A DNA stretch of 64,000 nucleotides from Candidatus Omnitrophota bacterium (GCA_029261065.1 JAJDCB010000012.1:77430-141429), one strand, 5' to 3'; positions 31,648 to 41,109 are shown, counted from the stretch's first letter. The notes: a model not told the origin generated them from the sequence alone. Program-made: numbers and translations.

Positions 31648-32192
31648 TTGTTGTTTCGAATGAGGCTTAAGAATTCGCCACGTGTAGAGCTTTCTTTACG
31701 AAAGGCGCCCAACATATAAGATGTAATCATACTAGAGTTTTGTTTTTCAACACCCCGCATCATCATGCACAAATGTTTGGCTTCAATAACAACGCCAACG
31801 CCTTTGCCACCCGTATAATGTTGAATAGCATCAGCAATTTGTTTGGTGAGGTTTTCTTGTACTTGAAGTCTTCGAGCGAAAACATCTACAATACGGGCGA
31901 CCTTGGAAAGGCCAATGATTTTGTTGTTAGGTAAATATCCAACATGACATTTTCCGAAAAAAGGCAATAGATGGTGTTCACATAAAGAATAAATTTCGAT
32001 ATCTTTAACGATAATCATCTCATCGTTGTTGGAATCAAATATGGCGTTATTAACGATGGAGTCAATATTATCTTTATAGCCTTTTGTTAAATAACCAAAA
32101 GCCTTGGCTGCACGCGCTGGGGTGTCTTTTAATCCGTCTCGCTTAACATCTTCGCCTATATCTTTGAGAAGATTTTTGTAATATTCTTCCAT
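31644..32192 (-). CDS. folE: GTP cyclohydrolase I
   Basis: [25 protein letters not shown]. Confidence 0.98.
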   Translation of the reverse strand: MEEYYKNLLKDIGEDVKRDGLKDTPARAAKAFGYLTKGYKDNIDSIVNNAIFDSNNDEMIIVKDIEIYSLCEHHLLPFFGKCHVGYLPNNKIIGLSKVARIVDVFARRLQVQENLTKQIADAIQHYTGGKGVGVVIEAKHLCMMMRGVEKQNSSMITSYMLGAFRKESSTRGEFLSLIRNNK

Positions 32193-32222
32193 GGGATTCC
32201 TTTAAATTAAGGTTAAAAAAAG

Positions 32223-32251
32223 ATGATAACATAGCGCTTTGGTGAAGTCAA
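32223..32251 (-). promoter_or_regulatory. Probable sigma70 promoter of folE operon
   Basis: Minus strand TTGACT-17 nt-TATCAT. Confidence 0.55.
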
Positions 32252-32273
32252 TGAATGGGAAGTTTGAGCTGAT

Positions 32274-32410
32274 TAGTGATAGAGTGGTAAAGTGATATAG
32301 CTGATTGTGTGGAAGTTAGTGATAGTTTTTATCTATTGGGAAAAATTTTTTTCTCTACCAACAAGTTTATATCTAACCTACCACTAAACCACTTTATCAC
32401 TCTATCACTA
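32274..32410. mobile_element. Empty (gene-less) element with inverted octamer arrays
   Basis: Left TAGTGATA GAGTGGTA AAGTGATA; right TACCACTA AACCACTT TATCACTC TATCACTA. Confidence 0.65.
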
Positions 32411-32428
32411 TTTTCCCTTAAAATATTA

Positions 32429-32437
32429 TGCTATAAT
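32429..32437 (+). promoter_or_regulatory. Extended -10 promoter for PHP phosphatase gene
   Basis: TGCTATAAT ~45 nt upstream of ATG 32483. Confidence 0.5.
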
Positions 32438-32482
32438 ACGCCTTTCTATTATCAAAACATTTAAATAAGGAAATTTATTCAC

Positions 32483-33286
32483 ATGAAACCCATTTGCGAT
32501 TATCACATGCATACCCCCCTTTGCGGTCATGCTGTTGGTCAACCTTCAGAATATGTTGAGCAAGCGATTAGCTTAGGTCTTGAAGAAATAGGCTTCTCCG
32601 ATCACGCCCCCTTTGTTCATATGACAGATCCAGGTGTGACCATGAACATGCTCCAACTGCCTGACTATTATCAAATGATTGAAGAGGTTCAGCAAAAGTA
32701 CAAAAGTGAATTACGCATCAAGATGGCCATTGAAGCCGATTTTATTCCTGGTTACGAAGAAAAAACAAAAGCCATTCTTGCTGATTATCCTTATGATTAT
32801 GTGATTGGTTCGGTGCATTTTATTAAGGAATGGGGATTTGACAATCCTGATGAGCGTGAGAAATGGGATGAGCAAGATGTGAATCAAGTGTATCATGATT
32901 ATTACGAACTTCTTCGTCAAAGCGCACAAAGCGGGATGTTTGATATTATGGCGCATGTGGATTTGGTTAAGAAATTTGGTGATCGCGCCACGGAAGATAT
33001 GAGTGATGAGGTTCGTAAAACAGCTCAAGTGTTTAAAGAATCTGGAGTCGCGGTTGAAATCAATACCTCCGGTTTAAGAAAGATTGTCGAGGAGATGTAT
33101 CCTTCCCTAGAAAATCTAAAAATATACCAACAAGCAGGCGTCCCTCTCACCTTCGGCTCTGATGCTCATGATCCGATGGATGTAGGAAAGGACTTTGACG
33201 AGGCTTTTGATCTTGCTAAGGAAGCTGGATATTCTGAGTATATTTTATTTAAAGAGCGTAAAGTTGAAAAAATTATTCCCTTTTAA
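32483..33286 (+). CDS. Histidinol-phosphatase, PHP (HisJ) family
   Basis: DYHMHTPLCGHA, FSDHAP, IGSVH, EINTSG, GSDAH. Confidence 0.88.
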   Translation: MKPICDYHMHTPLCGHAVGQPSEYVEQAISLGLEEIGFSDHAPFVHMTDPGVTMNMLQLPDYYQMIEEVQQKYKSELRIKMAIEADFIPGYEEKTKAILADYPYDYVIGSVHFIKEWGFDNPDEREKWDEQDVNQVYHDYYELLRQSAQSGMFDIMAHVDLVKKFGDRATEDMSDEVRKTAQVFKESGVAVEINTSGLRKIVEEMYPSLENLKIYQQAGVPLTFGSDAHDPMDVGKDFDEAFDLAKEAGYSEYILFKERKVEKIIPF

Positions 33287-33989
33287 ATTTATCCTGCTTT
33301 TTGTTTTTTTGGTGATAGGTGCGGTGTGTTTTAATCTCCGTGATCATTTACTATGGAAAAAACAACAACTTCAAAATTTTACAATTTATTATAAACCCGA
33401 TTCGTATGCCCAGAATCACCTTCAAGAGGCAATGAATTTATACGAAAAATCATATCAACATGCCTTCGCCTTTGTTCCAGAAAGTAAACACAAAAATATT
33501 AAGCTTTATCTTTATGATGAATTAGAACTCCTTGGGTTTTCACGCTATGATGATCAAAGTGTTCATTATGTGTTCTCTGAAAAATTTCAGTTGATTTCAT
33601 CGCATGAATTTATGCATTTGTTTTTAAAGGATTTTAATCCTAAAGCCCCCGTAAGGCTTGAAGAAGGTTTATGTCGTGTCAATGAAGCAAGGTCTCATGC
33701 GGTTAATGGTGAAGTAAAAGTTATTCCTTTATATGTTATGGGCAAATTGAGTCCGCAGATTCAGTGGCATCTTCAATATGTTTTTCTTGATCATTATCAA
33801 AATGATCAAGAAGGCAATTTGGCTGCGGCTTTTGTAAATTTTTATTTGGACTCATGGGGGCAAGCAAGCTTTTGGAGTTTTTATAGAGATGTGACCATGG
33901 ATAATTGGCAGGCATTGCTTGAGAAAAGGACGCAAGTATCCATAGAGAAAATTGATAACGATTTTGCTGATTTTGTAAGTCAGTTATAA
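33264..33989 (+). CDS. Membrane-anchored putative zinc metallopeptidase (MA-like)
   Basis: N-terminal TM segment, HEFMH followed by EEGL; TTG start at 33264 inferred. Confidence 0.55.
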   Translation: MKKLFPFKFILLFVFLVIGAVCFNLRDHLLWKKQQLQNFTIYYKPDSYAQNHLQEAMNLYEKSYQHAFAFVPESKHKNIKLYLYDELELLGFSRYDDQSVHYVFSEKFQLISSHEFMHLFLKDFNPKAPVRLEEGLCRVNEARSHAVNGEVKVIPLYVMGKLSPQIQWHLQYVFLDHYQNDQEGNLAAAFVNFYLDSWGQASFWSFYRDVTMDNWQALLEKRTQVSIEKIDNDFADFVSQL

Positions 33990-34016
33990 CAAGGTAAAAA
34001 ATTCTAAGGAGAAATA

Positions 34017-34481
34017 ATGATAGAAATTAAAGGCATTGATCACGTGGCCTTAAACGTGAAGGATATTGATAAATCTGTTGAGTTTTATACTAAAGTGATT
34101 GGTCTTAAGGTCACGGAACGTGAACCTTCAAAACCCGGCATTGAGTATTTTCTGGATTGCGGCCCCTCTCTTATCGGTATCATTCAAGCTCAGGATTTGG
34201 AGACGAATCATCCCTTTGCGCATGAAGGATTAGGGGCGAATCATTTTTCATTTCGAATTGCGGCCCGCGATTTTGATGCATTTATTCAGAATCTTGAGGA
34301 GAATGATGTGAATATTGAGTTTGCCAAAAAGCGTGATAAGTCTTGGTCGTTGTATTTTTACGATCTTGATGGCAATAAATTAGAGGCAACTGCGTGGCCG
34401 CGTGAAGATGGGTTGCCAGATGAGATGTGTCAGAAATTGATGTATGATCCAAAGACAAAAACGTGGAATTCTTATTCATAA
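34017..34481 (+). CDS. VOC/glyoxalase family protein
   Basis: IDHVALNVKD, NHFSF, LYFYDLDGNKLE. Confidence 0.88.
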   Translation: MIEIKGIDHVALNVKDIDKSVEFYTKVIGLKVTEREPSKPGIEYFLDCGPSLIGIIQAQDLETNHPFAHEGLGANHFSFRIAARDFDAFIQNLEENDVNIEFAKKRDKSWSLYFYDLDGNKLEATAWPREDGLPDEMCQKLMYDPKTKTWNSYS

Positions 34482-34504
34482 AAAGTTTTAGTTGAAAGGA
34501 CGAA

Positions 34505-34978
34505 ATGATTATTCAAGAAAGAAAAGTGGCTCCAAATTTTAACCTTTCTGCCAGTAATGGCCAAGAAGTGAGTCTTAAAGATTATAAGGGTAAAAAGAAT
34601 GTTGTTCTTTATTTCTATCCTAAAGATGACACCCCAGGATGCACAACGCAAGCGTGTGGATTTCGGGATGAGATTAAAGCCATTGAGAAAAAAGATACGA
34701 TTGTTTTAGGTGTTAGTCCTGATAAGATTAGTAAACATGAAAAGTTTATCGCGAAACATGACCTTCCTTTTCTTCTTTTAAGTGATGAAGAAAAAAAGGT
34801 TTGTGAGTTGTATGGGGTTTGGGTTGAGAAAAGTATGTATGGCCGAAAATATATGGGGGTTGCGCGTACGACGTTTGTGATTGATATGAAAGGTAAGGTT
34901 GTTAAAATTTTTGAAAAGGTTAAGCCGAAGGTTCATTCTGGGCAGATTGTTGAATGTTTGAATACGCTGAGAGAATAA
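34505..34978 (+). CDS. bcp: Thioredoxin-dependent peroxiredoxin BCP
   Basis: YFYPKDDTPGCTTQACGFRD. Confidence 0.95.
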   Translation: MIIQERKVAPNFNLSASNGQEVSLKDYKGKKNVVLYFYPKDDTPGCTTQACGFRDEIKAIEKKDTIVLGVSPDKISKHEKFIAKHDLPFLLLSDEEKKVCELYGVWVEKSMYGRKYMGVARTTFVIDMKGKVVKIFEKVKPKVHSGQIVECLNTLRE

Positions 34979-35172
34979 CCAAGTAACAAGATATCCCGCT
35001 TTTAGCGGGACCAAGGCAAGAAATCCCGGCCTTTGGCCGTGACCTCGGCGTCTTTCGCTGCCGGGCAAAAAAAATTCAAAAATCAAAATACAATATTCAA
35101 ACGTTTGGTTATTTAGTTATTGGTTATTGTTTCTTTTTTGTAACTTGTTATCTTGTACCTTGGGATTTCTTG
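34974..35172. mobile_element. MITE-like heptamer element (copy 2, inverted relative to copy 1)
   Basis: 35098-35172 closely matches reverse complement of 30744-30818; shares CGGCC-nnn-GGCCG hairpin. Confidence 0.65.
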
Positions 35173-35552
35173 CCCTTATCTTGAAACACCCAATCCAATG
35201 CCGCAACCTTCTCCGGCCAATAATACATTCTCGATCGTAATATCTCCCCCGTCTCTTTATGAATCACCACCAAATACCCCGTAAAATCCATATTCACATC
35301 CACGGTAAAATCAACAAACCAATAATCAGGATACTTTAACGCATGTTTATCTTCTCGGAGTTTGGGCTCCAAGGCTTGAAAGTAGCGGTTATAAGGTGCA
35401 TTTTCTAATTCGTTAACAGCCATATCAACGGCCTCGTAACGATTCACACCATTGGCTAAATTGATCATATCTAATTTTTTATTTTCGAAATAAGAACATC
35501 CGTTGAGAATAAGGCTGCAGGTTATTAGTAAATAGCATATTCGATATTGCAT
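35148..35552 (-). CDS. Hypothetical lipoprotein (paralog of 35554-36078)
   Basis: Lipobox ILNGC; shared NGxNxYEA and YWFVDF..YLVVI.KE.G.I motifs. Confidence 0.75.
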   Translation of the reverse strand: MQYRICYLLITCSLILNGCSYFENKKLDMINLANGVNRYEAVDMAVNELENAPYNRYFQALEPKLREDKHALKYPDYWFVDFTVDVNMDFTGYLVVIHKETGEILRSRMYYWPEKVAALDWVFQDKGKKSQGTR

Positions 35553-35553
35553 A

Positions 35554-36078
35554 TTATTTTTTTGTTTTGTTTTGCGAGTTCGCTCGTTGAAAAACCCAAT
35601 CTAAATTGGTATGAACTTTGGGCCAATAATCTTTTGCCAAAATAATGTTCCCGTGCTCTTTTTCGATGACAACAAGGTAGCTAGGCGCATCGTAGGCAAG
35701 CTTGGGAGAGAAATCGACAAACCAGTATTTGGGGAATTTTTTGGCATCTATATCCGTGCGAATTTTAGCGGGGAACGTTTTGTAATAAGATTTAAATTCT
35801 GATTTGACCAAACATTTTTCAGCAAGGGTGATGGCTTCATAATTGTTGATGCCGTTAAAGTAAACGATTTTTTTGTAGTCGCGTTCAAGCGTTGAGAATT
35901 GGGCGCAGCCGGTGAGCGTTGTTATAGAAATGATTAAAAATAAAAAGGTTGATCTTTCATAGCACCACCTGTCATTCCCGCGAAAGCGGGAATCTCGAAA
36001 GAGTCTAATTATTAATGGTTTCCCGCTTCCGCGGGAATGACAGGATTTATTAGGATGACAATTTTTTTTAGCCTTCAA
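35554..36078 (-). CDS. Hypothetical lipoprotein; natural start near 35960 appears frameshifted
   Basis: Lipobox TLTGC; RBS-ATG at 35960 is one base out of frame; longer TTG frame reads through REP pair. Confidence 0.6.
   Translation of the reverse strand: MKAKKNCHPNKSCHSRGSGKPLIIRLFRDSRFRGNDRWCYERSTFLFLIISITTLTGCAQFSTLERDYKKIVYFNGINNYEAITLAEKCLVKSEFKSYYKTFPAKIRTDIDAKKFPKYWFVDFSPKLAYDAPSYLVVIEKEHGNIILAKDYWPKVHTNLDWVFQRANSQNKTKK
35971..36041. repeat. Inverted pair of REP-like palindromes
   Basis: GTCATTCCCGCGAAAGCGGGAATC ... GGTTTCCCGCTTCCGCGGGAATGAC. Confidence 0.88.
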
Positions 36079-37289
36079 GAATATTTCTCCTTTATATACC
36101 CCTCCAACAAAACAATAAACTCTTCCTTAATCTTATCCCCTTTTAACGTCGTATACTGCTTCCCATCCGCATAAACAGGCGCCACCGGTTTTTCTGATGT
36201 GCCTGGCAAACTGATACCAATGTCAGCATGACGACTTTCTCCAGGACCATTAACAACACATCCCATAACAGCAATCTTAAGTTTCTCAACACCAGTATAT
36301 TCTTTTTTCCAAATAGGCATTTTACGTTCAATATGTTCGTTAATATCTTTAGCAAGAATCTGAAAGTAATCGCTGCTGGTGCGTCCGCATCCAGGGCAGC
36401 TTGTGACACTTGGTCGAAAATAACGAAGGCCAAGTGATTGAAGCAAATGTTTGCAAACTTCAACCTCTCTACTTCTTTTGACATTAGGTTGTGGTGTTAG
36501 GGAAACACGAATCGTATCACCAATACCTTGCTGTAATAATATCGCTAAGGCAGCGGAACTGGAACTAACCCCCTGAATCTCTGCCCCCGCTTCTGTTAAA
36601 CCTAGATGAAGAACATAGTCACAGCGCTTGGCTAATTTTGAGTAGACGTTCACCATATCTTGTAAGATCGACATCTTAACACTCAAAATAATTTTATCTT
36701 TACACAGACCAATTTTTTCAGCGAGTTGGGCACTTGTGATAGCGCTTTGGATCATGGCTTCATAGGTGACCTGTTTGAATTCTTGAGGTGCTTTTAATGC
36801 AGCGTTTTCATCCATTAAGCGCGTTAACAGCTCTTGATCGAGCGATCCCCAGTTGACACCAATGCGCACAGGTTTGTCGTATTTTATGGCCATCTCGATG
36901 ATACTTGTAAAGTTATCATCATGCTTTTCACCTTTACCCACATTGCCTGGGTTGATGCGATATTTACCTAGAAGTTTGGCGCATTCAGGATGTTTTTGTA
37001 AAAGGGTATGGCCATTAAAATGAAAATCGCCGATGATAGGTGTTTGATAACCTTTTTCACGAATCTTTCCAATAACCTCTGGGATAGCGCGGGCGGCATC
37101 ATCATCGTTAACAGTCAATCGAACCAGTTGTGAACCGGATTCGATTAATTCAATAGACTGGGTTACCGTTTTTGAGATGTCCGCTGTAGGTGTATCGGTC
37201 ATTGATTGGATGACAACGGGAAATTCGTGACCGACTGAGACATTTCCTATTCTAACAATGGGTGTTTTTCTACGTTTGACCTGCTCCAT
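36075..37289 (-). CDS. ispG: (E)-4-hydroxy-3-methylbut-2-enyl-diphosphate synthase
   Basis: RINPGN, RIGVNWGSL, SCPGCGRT, MGCVVNGPGE. Confidence 0.97.
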   Translation of the reverse strand: MEQVKRRKTPIVRIGNVSVGHEFPVVIQSMTDTPTADISKTVTQSIELIESGSQLVRLTVNDDDAARAIPEVIGKIREKGYQTPIIGDFHFNGHTLLQKHPECAKLLGKYRINPGNVGKGEKHDDNFTSIIEMAIKYDKPVRIGVNWGSLDQELLTRLMDENAALKAPQEFKQVTYEAMIQSAITSAQLAEKIGLCKDKIILSVKMSILQDMVNVYSKLAKRCDYVLHLGLTEAGAEIQGVSSSSAALAILLQQGIGDTIRVSLTPQPNVKRSREVEVCKHLLQSLGLRYFRPSVTSCPGCGRTSSDYFQILAKDINEHIERKMPIWKKEYTGVEKLKIAVMGCVVNGPGESRHADIGISLPGTSEKPVAPVYADGKQYTTLKGDKIKEEFIVLLEGYIKEKYS

Positions 37290-37424
37290 TTTATCCCTAA
37301 TCCTCTCACTTTTCTAATTTACTAATTAATGAATCATGATATACTGATTTTACAAATTTCCAGAAATGCAGTATTAATTTTGTGAACGCACCAATTATAG
37401 GGAATAATCGAGGCTAATTCAACC

Positions 37425-38345
37425 ATGGATATATATTTAGCAAAAACCCAAGGATTTTGTGCTGGCGTCTCTTTTGCCGTAGATATTGTAGAGGAGGCCT
37501 TAGAAAAATATGGCTCCCCTCTCTATGTCTATCATGAAATCGTTCATAACACGTATGTGGTAGATGGATTTAGGCAAAAAGGGGTTATTTTTGTTGAGGA
37601 TGTTAATGATGTGCCAGTCGGTGAGAAAATTATTTTTAGCGCCCACGGTGTTCCTCCCAATGTTATAGAGAAGGCCAATGAAAGAAAGCTAAAATTTGTT
37701 GATGCCACCTGCCCTTTAGTGACCAAGGTCCATAATGAGGCTACTAAATTTTCAGAAAAAAATTATGAAACTGTTCTTATTGGTCATCATGGCCATCAAG
37801 AATTAATTGGAACCGCGGGCTACGTGGATCCTAAATTACTACATATCATTGAAGAAGAAAGCGATATTGATAAGCTTAACATTGATGAAAATGAAAAGGT
37901 TGCCTACATTACACAAACCACCTTATCTGTTGATGATACAACCAGTATGATCGAAAGACTCAAACAAAAATTCCCTAATCTAAACGCCCCTCCTCGTTCC
38001 GATCTTTGTTATGCCACTCAAAATAGACAAGATGCCGTTAAAGAGTTAGCTGCTTTTTGCGATATTATTATTATCTGTGGCTCCCCTAATAGTTCCAATA
38101 GTAATCGATTACGAGAAACGGGAGAAAAATATGGGACGGAGAGTTATATTGTTGATACGGCTGAAGAGTTAGATCTAAAACTACTTGAAGGTAAAGAAAA
38201 AGTGGGGGTCAGCTCAGGCGCCTCTGTTCCCAGGGTTATCGTTGATCAACTTGTAGATCGTATTGCTGCGCGTTTTGAAAATGCGACTGTTCATAAGTTT
38301 GATAATCCAGAGAAAAATATCGTCTTTGCCCTTCCTGATATTTAA
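37425..38345 (+). CDS. ispH: 4-hydroxy-3-methylbut-2-enyl diphosphate reductase
   Basis: GFCAGV, HEIVHN, DATCPLV, CYATQNRQ, SSNS. Confidence 0.97.
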   Translation: MDIYLAKTQGFCAGVSFAVDIVEEALEKYGSPLYVYHEIVHNTYVVDGFRQKGVIFVEDVNDVPVGEKIIFSAHGVPPNVIEKANERKLKFVDATCPLVTKVHNEATKFSEKNYETVLIGHHGHQELIGTAGYVDPKLLHIIEEESDIDKLNIDENEKVAYITQTTLSVDDTTSMIERLKQKFPNLNAPPRSDLCYATQNRQDAVKELAAFCDIIIICGSPNSSNSNRLRETGEKYGTESYIVDTAEELDLKLLEGKEKVGVSSGASVPRVIVDQLVDRIAARFENATVHKFDNPEKNIVFALPDI

Positions 38346-38363
38346 TCCAAATTAATTTTTAAA

Positions 38364-38618
38364 ATGGCAAAAGTTATTATAGATGATGTTGAGTTTGATG
38401 TCCCAGATAATTCTCTGATTGATGAGATATGTGAGAACGCCGGCATTCCTTTTAGTTGCAACTCTGGCGTTTGTGGTACCTGTCAGATTGAAATTTTAGA
38501 AGGGGCTGAGAATTTGGATGAGCTTAATCAGGAAGAAGAAGATTTAGGTATGGATAAGAATAATCGCTTGGGATGCCAGTGTAAGATTAAAAGTGGTGTT
38601 GTTAAAGTGACGTATTAA
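38364..38618 (+). CDS. 2Fe-2S ferredoxin
   Basis: FSCNSGVCGTC ... RLGCQC. Confidence 0.92.
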   Translation: MAKVIIDDVEFDVPDNSLIDEICENAGIPFSCNSGVCGTCQIEILEGAENLDELNQEEEDLGMDKNNRLGCQCKIKSGVVKVTY

Positions 38619-38648
38619 GAGATGTAAAGTATCATTATCAAACAGATT

Positions 38649-38769
38649 GTCATCCCGGACTTGATCCGGGATCTATGCTTTTTATGTTTCATGCTCCATT
38701 TGATTCCCGCTGGAGTTTACCCCATAGGATTCCCGCTTTCGCGGTAATGACATAAGGGGCGGTAATGAC
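38649..38769. repeat. Composite/nested REP-like palindromes
   Basis: GTCATCCCGGACTTGATCCGGGATC; GATTCCCGCTGGAGTTTACCCC-[GATTCCCGCTTTCGCGGTAATGAC]-GGGGCGGTAATGAC. Confidence 0.8.
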
Positions 38770-38789
38770 AGTATCAATACAATGCAATT

Positions 38790-39218
38790 ATGTTTCAATT
38801 ATCAAACATACCAATAAATTCCATAACATTACGTGATGAATTACTTAGTCCCCAGGCAGGTGGCTATTGTGCCTTTGAGGGTTGGGTGCGTAATAATAAT
38901 GAAGGTAAAAAAGTTGAAGCCCTCGAATATGAAGCGTTTGAGCCTTTATGTCTTAAAGAAGCCAATTTAATTTTTCGGGAAGTTAAACAAAAATATAATA
39001 TTCTTGAATTTAGATGTGTTCATCGCATTGGGAAATGTCAAATTGGTGAGATGGCTGTCTGGGTTGGTGTAAGCGCGGCTCATCGTGACGATGCCTTTAA
39101 AGCGTGTCGTATGATAATTGATGAGATTAAATTGAGATTGCCCATTTGGAAAAAAGAATATTATGTGGATGGGGTATCCAATTGGATTAAAAATGAACTT
39201 GCCTCAGCAGGGAAATAA
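38790..39218 (+). CDS. moaE: Molybdopterin synthase catalytic subunit
   Basis: FEGWVRN, LEYEAF, HRIG, SAAHR, PIWKKE. Confidence 0.94.
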   Translation: MFQLSNIPINSITLRDELLSPQAGGYCAFEGWVRNNNEGKKVEALEYEAFEPLCLKEANLIFREVKQKYNILEFRCVHRIGKCQIGEMAVWVGVSAAHRDDAFKACRMIIDEIKLRLPIWKKEYYVDGVSNWIKNELASAGK

Positions 39219-39221
39219 ATT

Positions 39222-39584
39222 ATGACGTCTCCTTCCTACCTTTGGGAAAAACAAAAACACACAGATAAACTGGAAGTTTTTGATTGTCCAGAATTTAATC
39301 CTTATGATGGATTTAAACGGGATCCAAGTGGGTTTTATCTCCTCGTTAAAGTTGATTTTGCGACTTACCGCATTGAAGTTGCTATTTGCAATAAAGATCA
39401 TGTGATTGAAATCATATTTAGCGGCCGAAAATCCCAAGATGTGTATGAATCCATTTTAGCTTATGAGAAGAAAAACAAACGCATCTGGTTTAAAGATAAG
39501 ACACATATTGCGTATTTAGGAAAAGAGTTAAAAAAGGCTGAAATCGCGCTTGCCCTAGGACACAATTCTTATTTTCAAGAATAA
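39222..39584 (+). CDS. DUF4346-like protein
   Basis: DPSGFYL ... HIAYLGKELKKAEIAL..G..Y.Q. Confidence 0.75.
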   Translation: MTSPSYLWEKQKHTDKLEVFDCPEFNPYDGFKRDPSGFYLLVKVDFATYRIEVAICNKDHVIEIIFSGRKSQDVYESILAYEKKNKRIWFKDKTHIAYLGKELKKAEIALALGHNSYFQE

Positions 39585-39607
39585 CCTAATTCCAAAGATT
39601 ATTTAAA

Positions 39608-40141
39608 ATGACAAGTATGTTACGAAAATCTGGAGATACAGGATATTCAGATTTATTTTCCTCTCAACGCATCTCAAAGAGCTCCCTTCCTATTGCCGTG
39701 TTAGGCGACCTGGATGAGTTAGGTTCGGCTTTAGGTGTTGCGCGTAGTTATATTAAGAATCAAATGATTCATGATGAGATTATTTTGATTCAAAGATCTT
39801 TATTTGTTGTAGGTGCTGAAATCGCTACAGAAAAAGACGAATATCACCGTTTATCAAAGCGTATTGATGATACCTTTTTAAATGCCTTTGAAAACAAGGT
39901 TGCTAAACGCCATCAAGAGACCACACTTCCCAAAGATTTTATTGTAGCTGGTGATTCAAAAGAATCGGCTCATCTTCATTTAGCTCGTAGCATAGCTCGA
40001 CGCTGTGAGAGATCAATTGTTGCTTTGAATGAAAGTAATCCTCTTGAAAACAAAAATTTATTAGCCTACATTAATCGTCTCTCAGTATATCTATATTTGT
40101 TGGCCCTTTCTTTTGATGATTCACCTTTAGGAAAGGATTAG
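39608..40141 (+). CDS. ATP:cob(I)alamin adenosyltransferase, PduO type
   Basis: GDTG.S, LGDLDEL, ARSIARRCER, YINRLS. Confidence 0.88.
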   Translation: MTSMLRKSGDTGYSDLFSSQRISKSSLPIAVLGDLDELGSALGVARSYIKNQMIHDEIILIQRSLFVVGAEIATEKDEYHRLSKRIDDTFLNAFENKVAKRHQETTLPKDFIVAGDSKESAHLHLARSIARRCERSIVALNESNPLENKNLLAYINRLSVYLYLLALSFDDSPLGKD

Positions 40142-40145
40142 TTCA

Positions 40146-41108
40146 TTGGGAAATCTTATCTCAGATAAAAATCACAAAGCGTCCATCGAACATAATGTGT
40201 GTTTAAGTAAATACACAACCTTTCAATTAGGTGGCCCTTCTCCTACCCTTTATCATTGTCAAACCCCACAGCATTTAGTTGATGTCGTTCAAAAATGTGT
40301 GAAAGAAAATATTGCATTTATTCTTATCGGAGGTGGTTCTAATCTTGTTGTTAGCGATCAGGGATTGGATTGTCATGTGATTCGTTATTTTAGTGAGCAA
40401 CCTATTATTGAACGTGATGGTGATAACTTAAATGTTTCAGCCAGCACACGATTAGATGATTTAGCCCTTTATGCTGCTCAAGAGGGGCTTGGGGGTATCA
40501 ACAATACCTCAGGGATTCCAGGGGCTGTTGGTGGGGCCGTTGTTGGGAATGCGGGAGCCTTCGGGGATCAGATTGGAGATGTTACAGAATCGGTAGAATT
40601 GATTACTCCACAGGGTGATATTTATAAAAAGGATACCTCGCAGTGCGGTTTTTCTTATAGGTATTCAAACCTTAAAGAAACGAATGATATCGTCAGTTCG
40701 GTGCGTTTAAATTTAACGAAAGCGGATAGTAATGATCTTATCAAGGAACGAGAAGGTATTCTTAAACTACGAGCCCAAAAACATCCCAACCTTAAAACGC
40801 ATCCTTGTGCGGGAAGTTTCTTTAGAAATATTGAGCCTACTTCAAGGGCTGGCAAGCGTCAGGCAAGTGGGTGGTTTTTAGATCAAGTGGATGGCAAACA
40901 ATTACGTAGTGGTGGTGCGGTTATTTTTGATAAGCATGCCAACATTATCGTTAAGGGCTCGCATGCGACGGCTGAGGATGTGTATCAATTGTCACAAAAA
41001 ATGTATCATTTGGTTAAAGATAAGTTTGATTTAGATCTGGTGCGTGAGGTGCGTTTTGTGGGGGATTTTGATCAGAAACCGGAGTCGATTCAATCGATTA
41101 TTTGGTAA
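40146..41108 (+). CDS. murB: UDP-N-acetylmuramate dehydrogenase
   Basis: TTFQLGG, GGGSN, GIPGAVGG, AGSFFRN, KHAN. Confidence 0.93.
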   Translation: MGNLISDKNHKASIEHNVCLSKYTTFQLGGPSPTLYHCQTPQHLVDVVQKCVKENIAFILIGGGSNLVVSDQGLDCHVIRYFSEQPIIERDGDNLNVSASTRLDDLALYAAQEGLGGINNTSGIPGAVGGAVVGNAGAFGDQIGDVTESVELITPQGDIYKKDTSQCGFSYRYSNLKETNDIVSSVRLNLTKADSNDLIKEREGILKLRAQKHPNLKTHPCAGSFFRNIEPTSRAGKRQASGWFLDQVDGKQLRSGGAVIFDKHANIIVKGSHATAEDVYQLSQKMYHLVKDKFDLDLVREVRFVGDFDQKPESIQSIIW

Positions 41109-41109
41109 A

